7,246 bases of DNA from the IMG/VR virus record IMGVR_UViG_2690316318_000002, one strand, 5' to 3'. The stretch's first letter is position 1. Each line of letters begins with the position of its first letter. Below the pieces are notes generated by a model. It was given only the letters and a program-made list of their open reading frames with translations. It did no database searches and was not told the DNA's origin. Positions 7,139-7,246 of this stretch are shown one piece after another. This DNA comes from a virus. Taxonomy: Duplodnaviria; Heunggongvirae; Uroviricota; Caudoviricetes. A program made the translations under genes and the position numbers.

Positions 7139-7180
7139 TAGACTGGCCCCCTGAATCTCCAGACAACCAGTATCACTTAT
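7139..7180 (+). repeat. IS2 left terminal inverted repeat (IRL), about 41 bp; extent approximate
   Basis: Terminal sequence TAGACTGGCCCCCTGAATCTCCAGACAACC... It is followed by internal palindromes (TCACTTA/TAAGTGA at 7173-7188, ACTAGT...ACTAGT at 7200-7216) that correspond to the known orfA promoter/operator region of IS2. Confidence 0.7.
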
Positions 7181-7229
7181 TTAAGTGATAGTCTTAATAC
7201 TAGTTTTTAGACTAGTCATTGGAGAGCAG

Positions 7230-7246
7230 ATGATTGATGTCTTAGG
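7230..7246 (+). CDS. insC: IS2 transposase orfA (InsC-like), first 5 codons only (MIDVL...)
   Basis: ATG at 7230 preceded by GGAGAG; it reads ATG ATT GAT GTC TTA GG, matching the MIDVLGPEKRRR... start of IS2 OrfA. Confidence 0.75.

Larger units (their letters stand above)
7139..7246 (+). mobile_element. IS2 (IS3 family) left end: terminal inverted repeat IRL plus the start of orfA; the element continues beyond the right edge of the window
   Basis: TAGACTGGCCCCCTGAATCTCCAGACAACCAGTATCACTTATTTAAGTGATAGTCTTAATACTAGTTTTTAGACTAGTCATTGGAGAGCAGATGATTGATGTCTTAGG matches the IS2 left end as I remember it (TAGACTGGCCCCCTGAATCTCCAGACAACCAATATCACTTAAATAAGTGATAG...ATGATTGATGTCTTAGGGCC) with a few substitutions. 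Confidence 0.85.

Noticed and set aside
7173-7216. Palindromes TCACTTA..TAAGTGA and ACTAGT..ACTAGT as a possible phage operator or attachment site
   Set aside because: They lie inside the recognised IS2 left end, upstream of orfA, and are better explained as the known IS2 promoter/operator region than as phage regulatory or att sequences.
1-7246. CRISPR arrays, tRNA/rRNA genes, toxin-antitoxin or defence-island-like cassettes
   Set aside because: No direct-repeat/spacer periodicity and no tRNA-like cloverleaf candidates were found. Every sizeable ORF is accounted for by the syntenic tail module or IS2, so there is no positive evidence for a novel system in this window.

Overview
This window is a lambdoid siphovirus tail-morphogenesis module, all encoded on the minus strand, interrupted at its upstream end by the left end of an IS2 insertion sequence. 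I see no evidence of a novel defence or other undescribed system; the interesting signals are regulatory and structural details of a conventional prophage tail cluster. Gene order along the direction of transcription (high to low coordinates) is: IS2 left end with the start of its orfA (7139-7246, plus strand); a 3' remnant of a phage gene cut by IS2 (6974-7138); an HK97 gp10-like neck protein; a probable tail terminator; major tail protein V with a C-terminal Ig-like domain; the tail assembly chaperone pair G and G-T, with a canonical A_AAA_AAG -1 frameshift site; a 1081-aa tape measure protein; and lambda-like M, L and K (K runs off the window's left edge). Two intrinsic-terminator-like hairpins lie inside the operon (between T and H, and between the terminator gene and V). 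K and L look nearly lambda-identical while M, H, G, T and V are divergent, which suggests a mosaic junction. All homology statements are from reading the translations and from memory of phage lambda and IS2 sequences; no database search was run.
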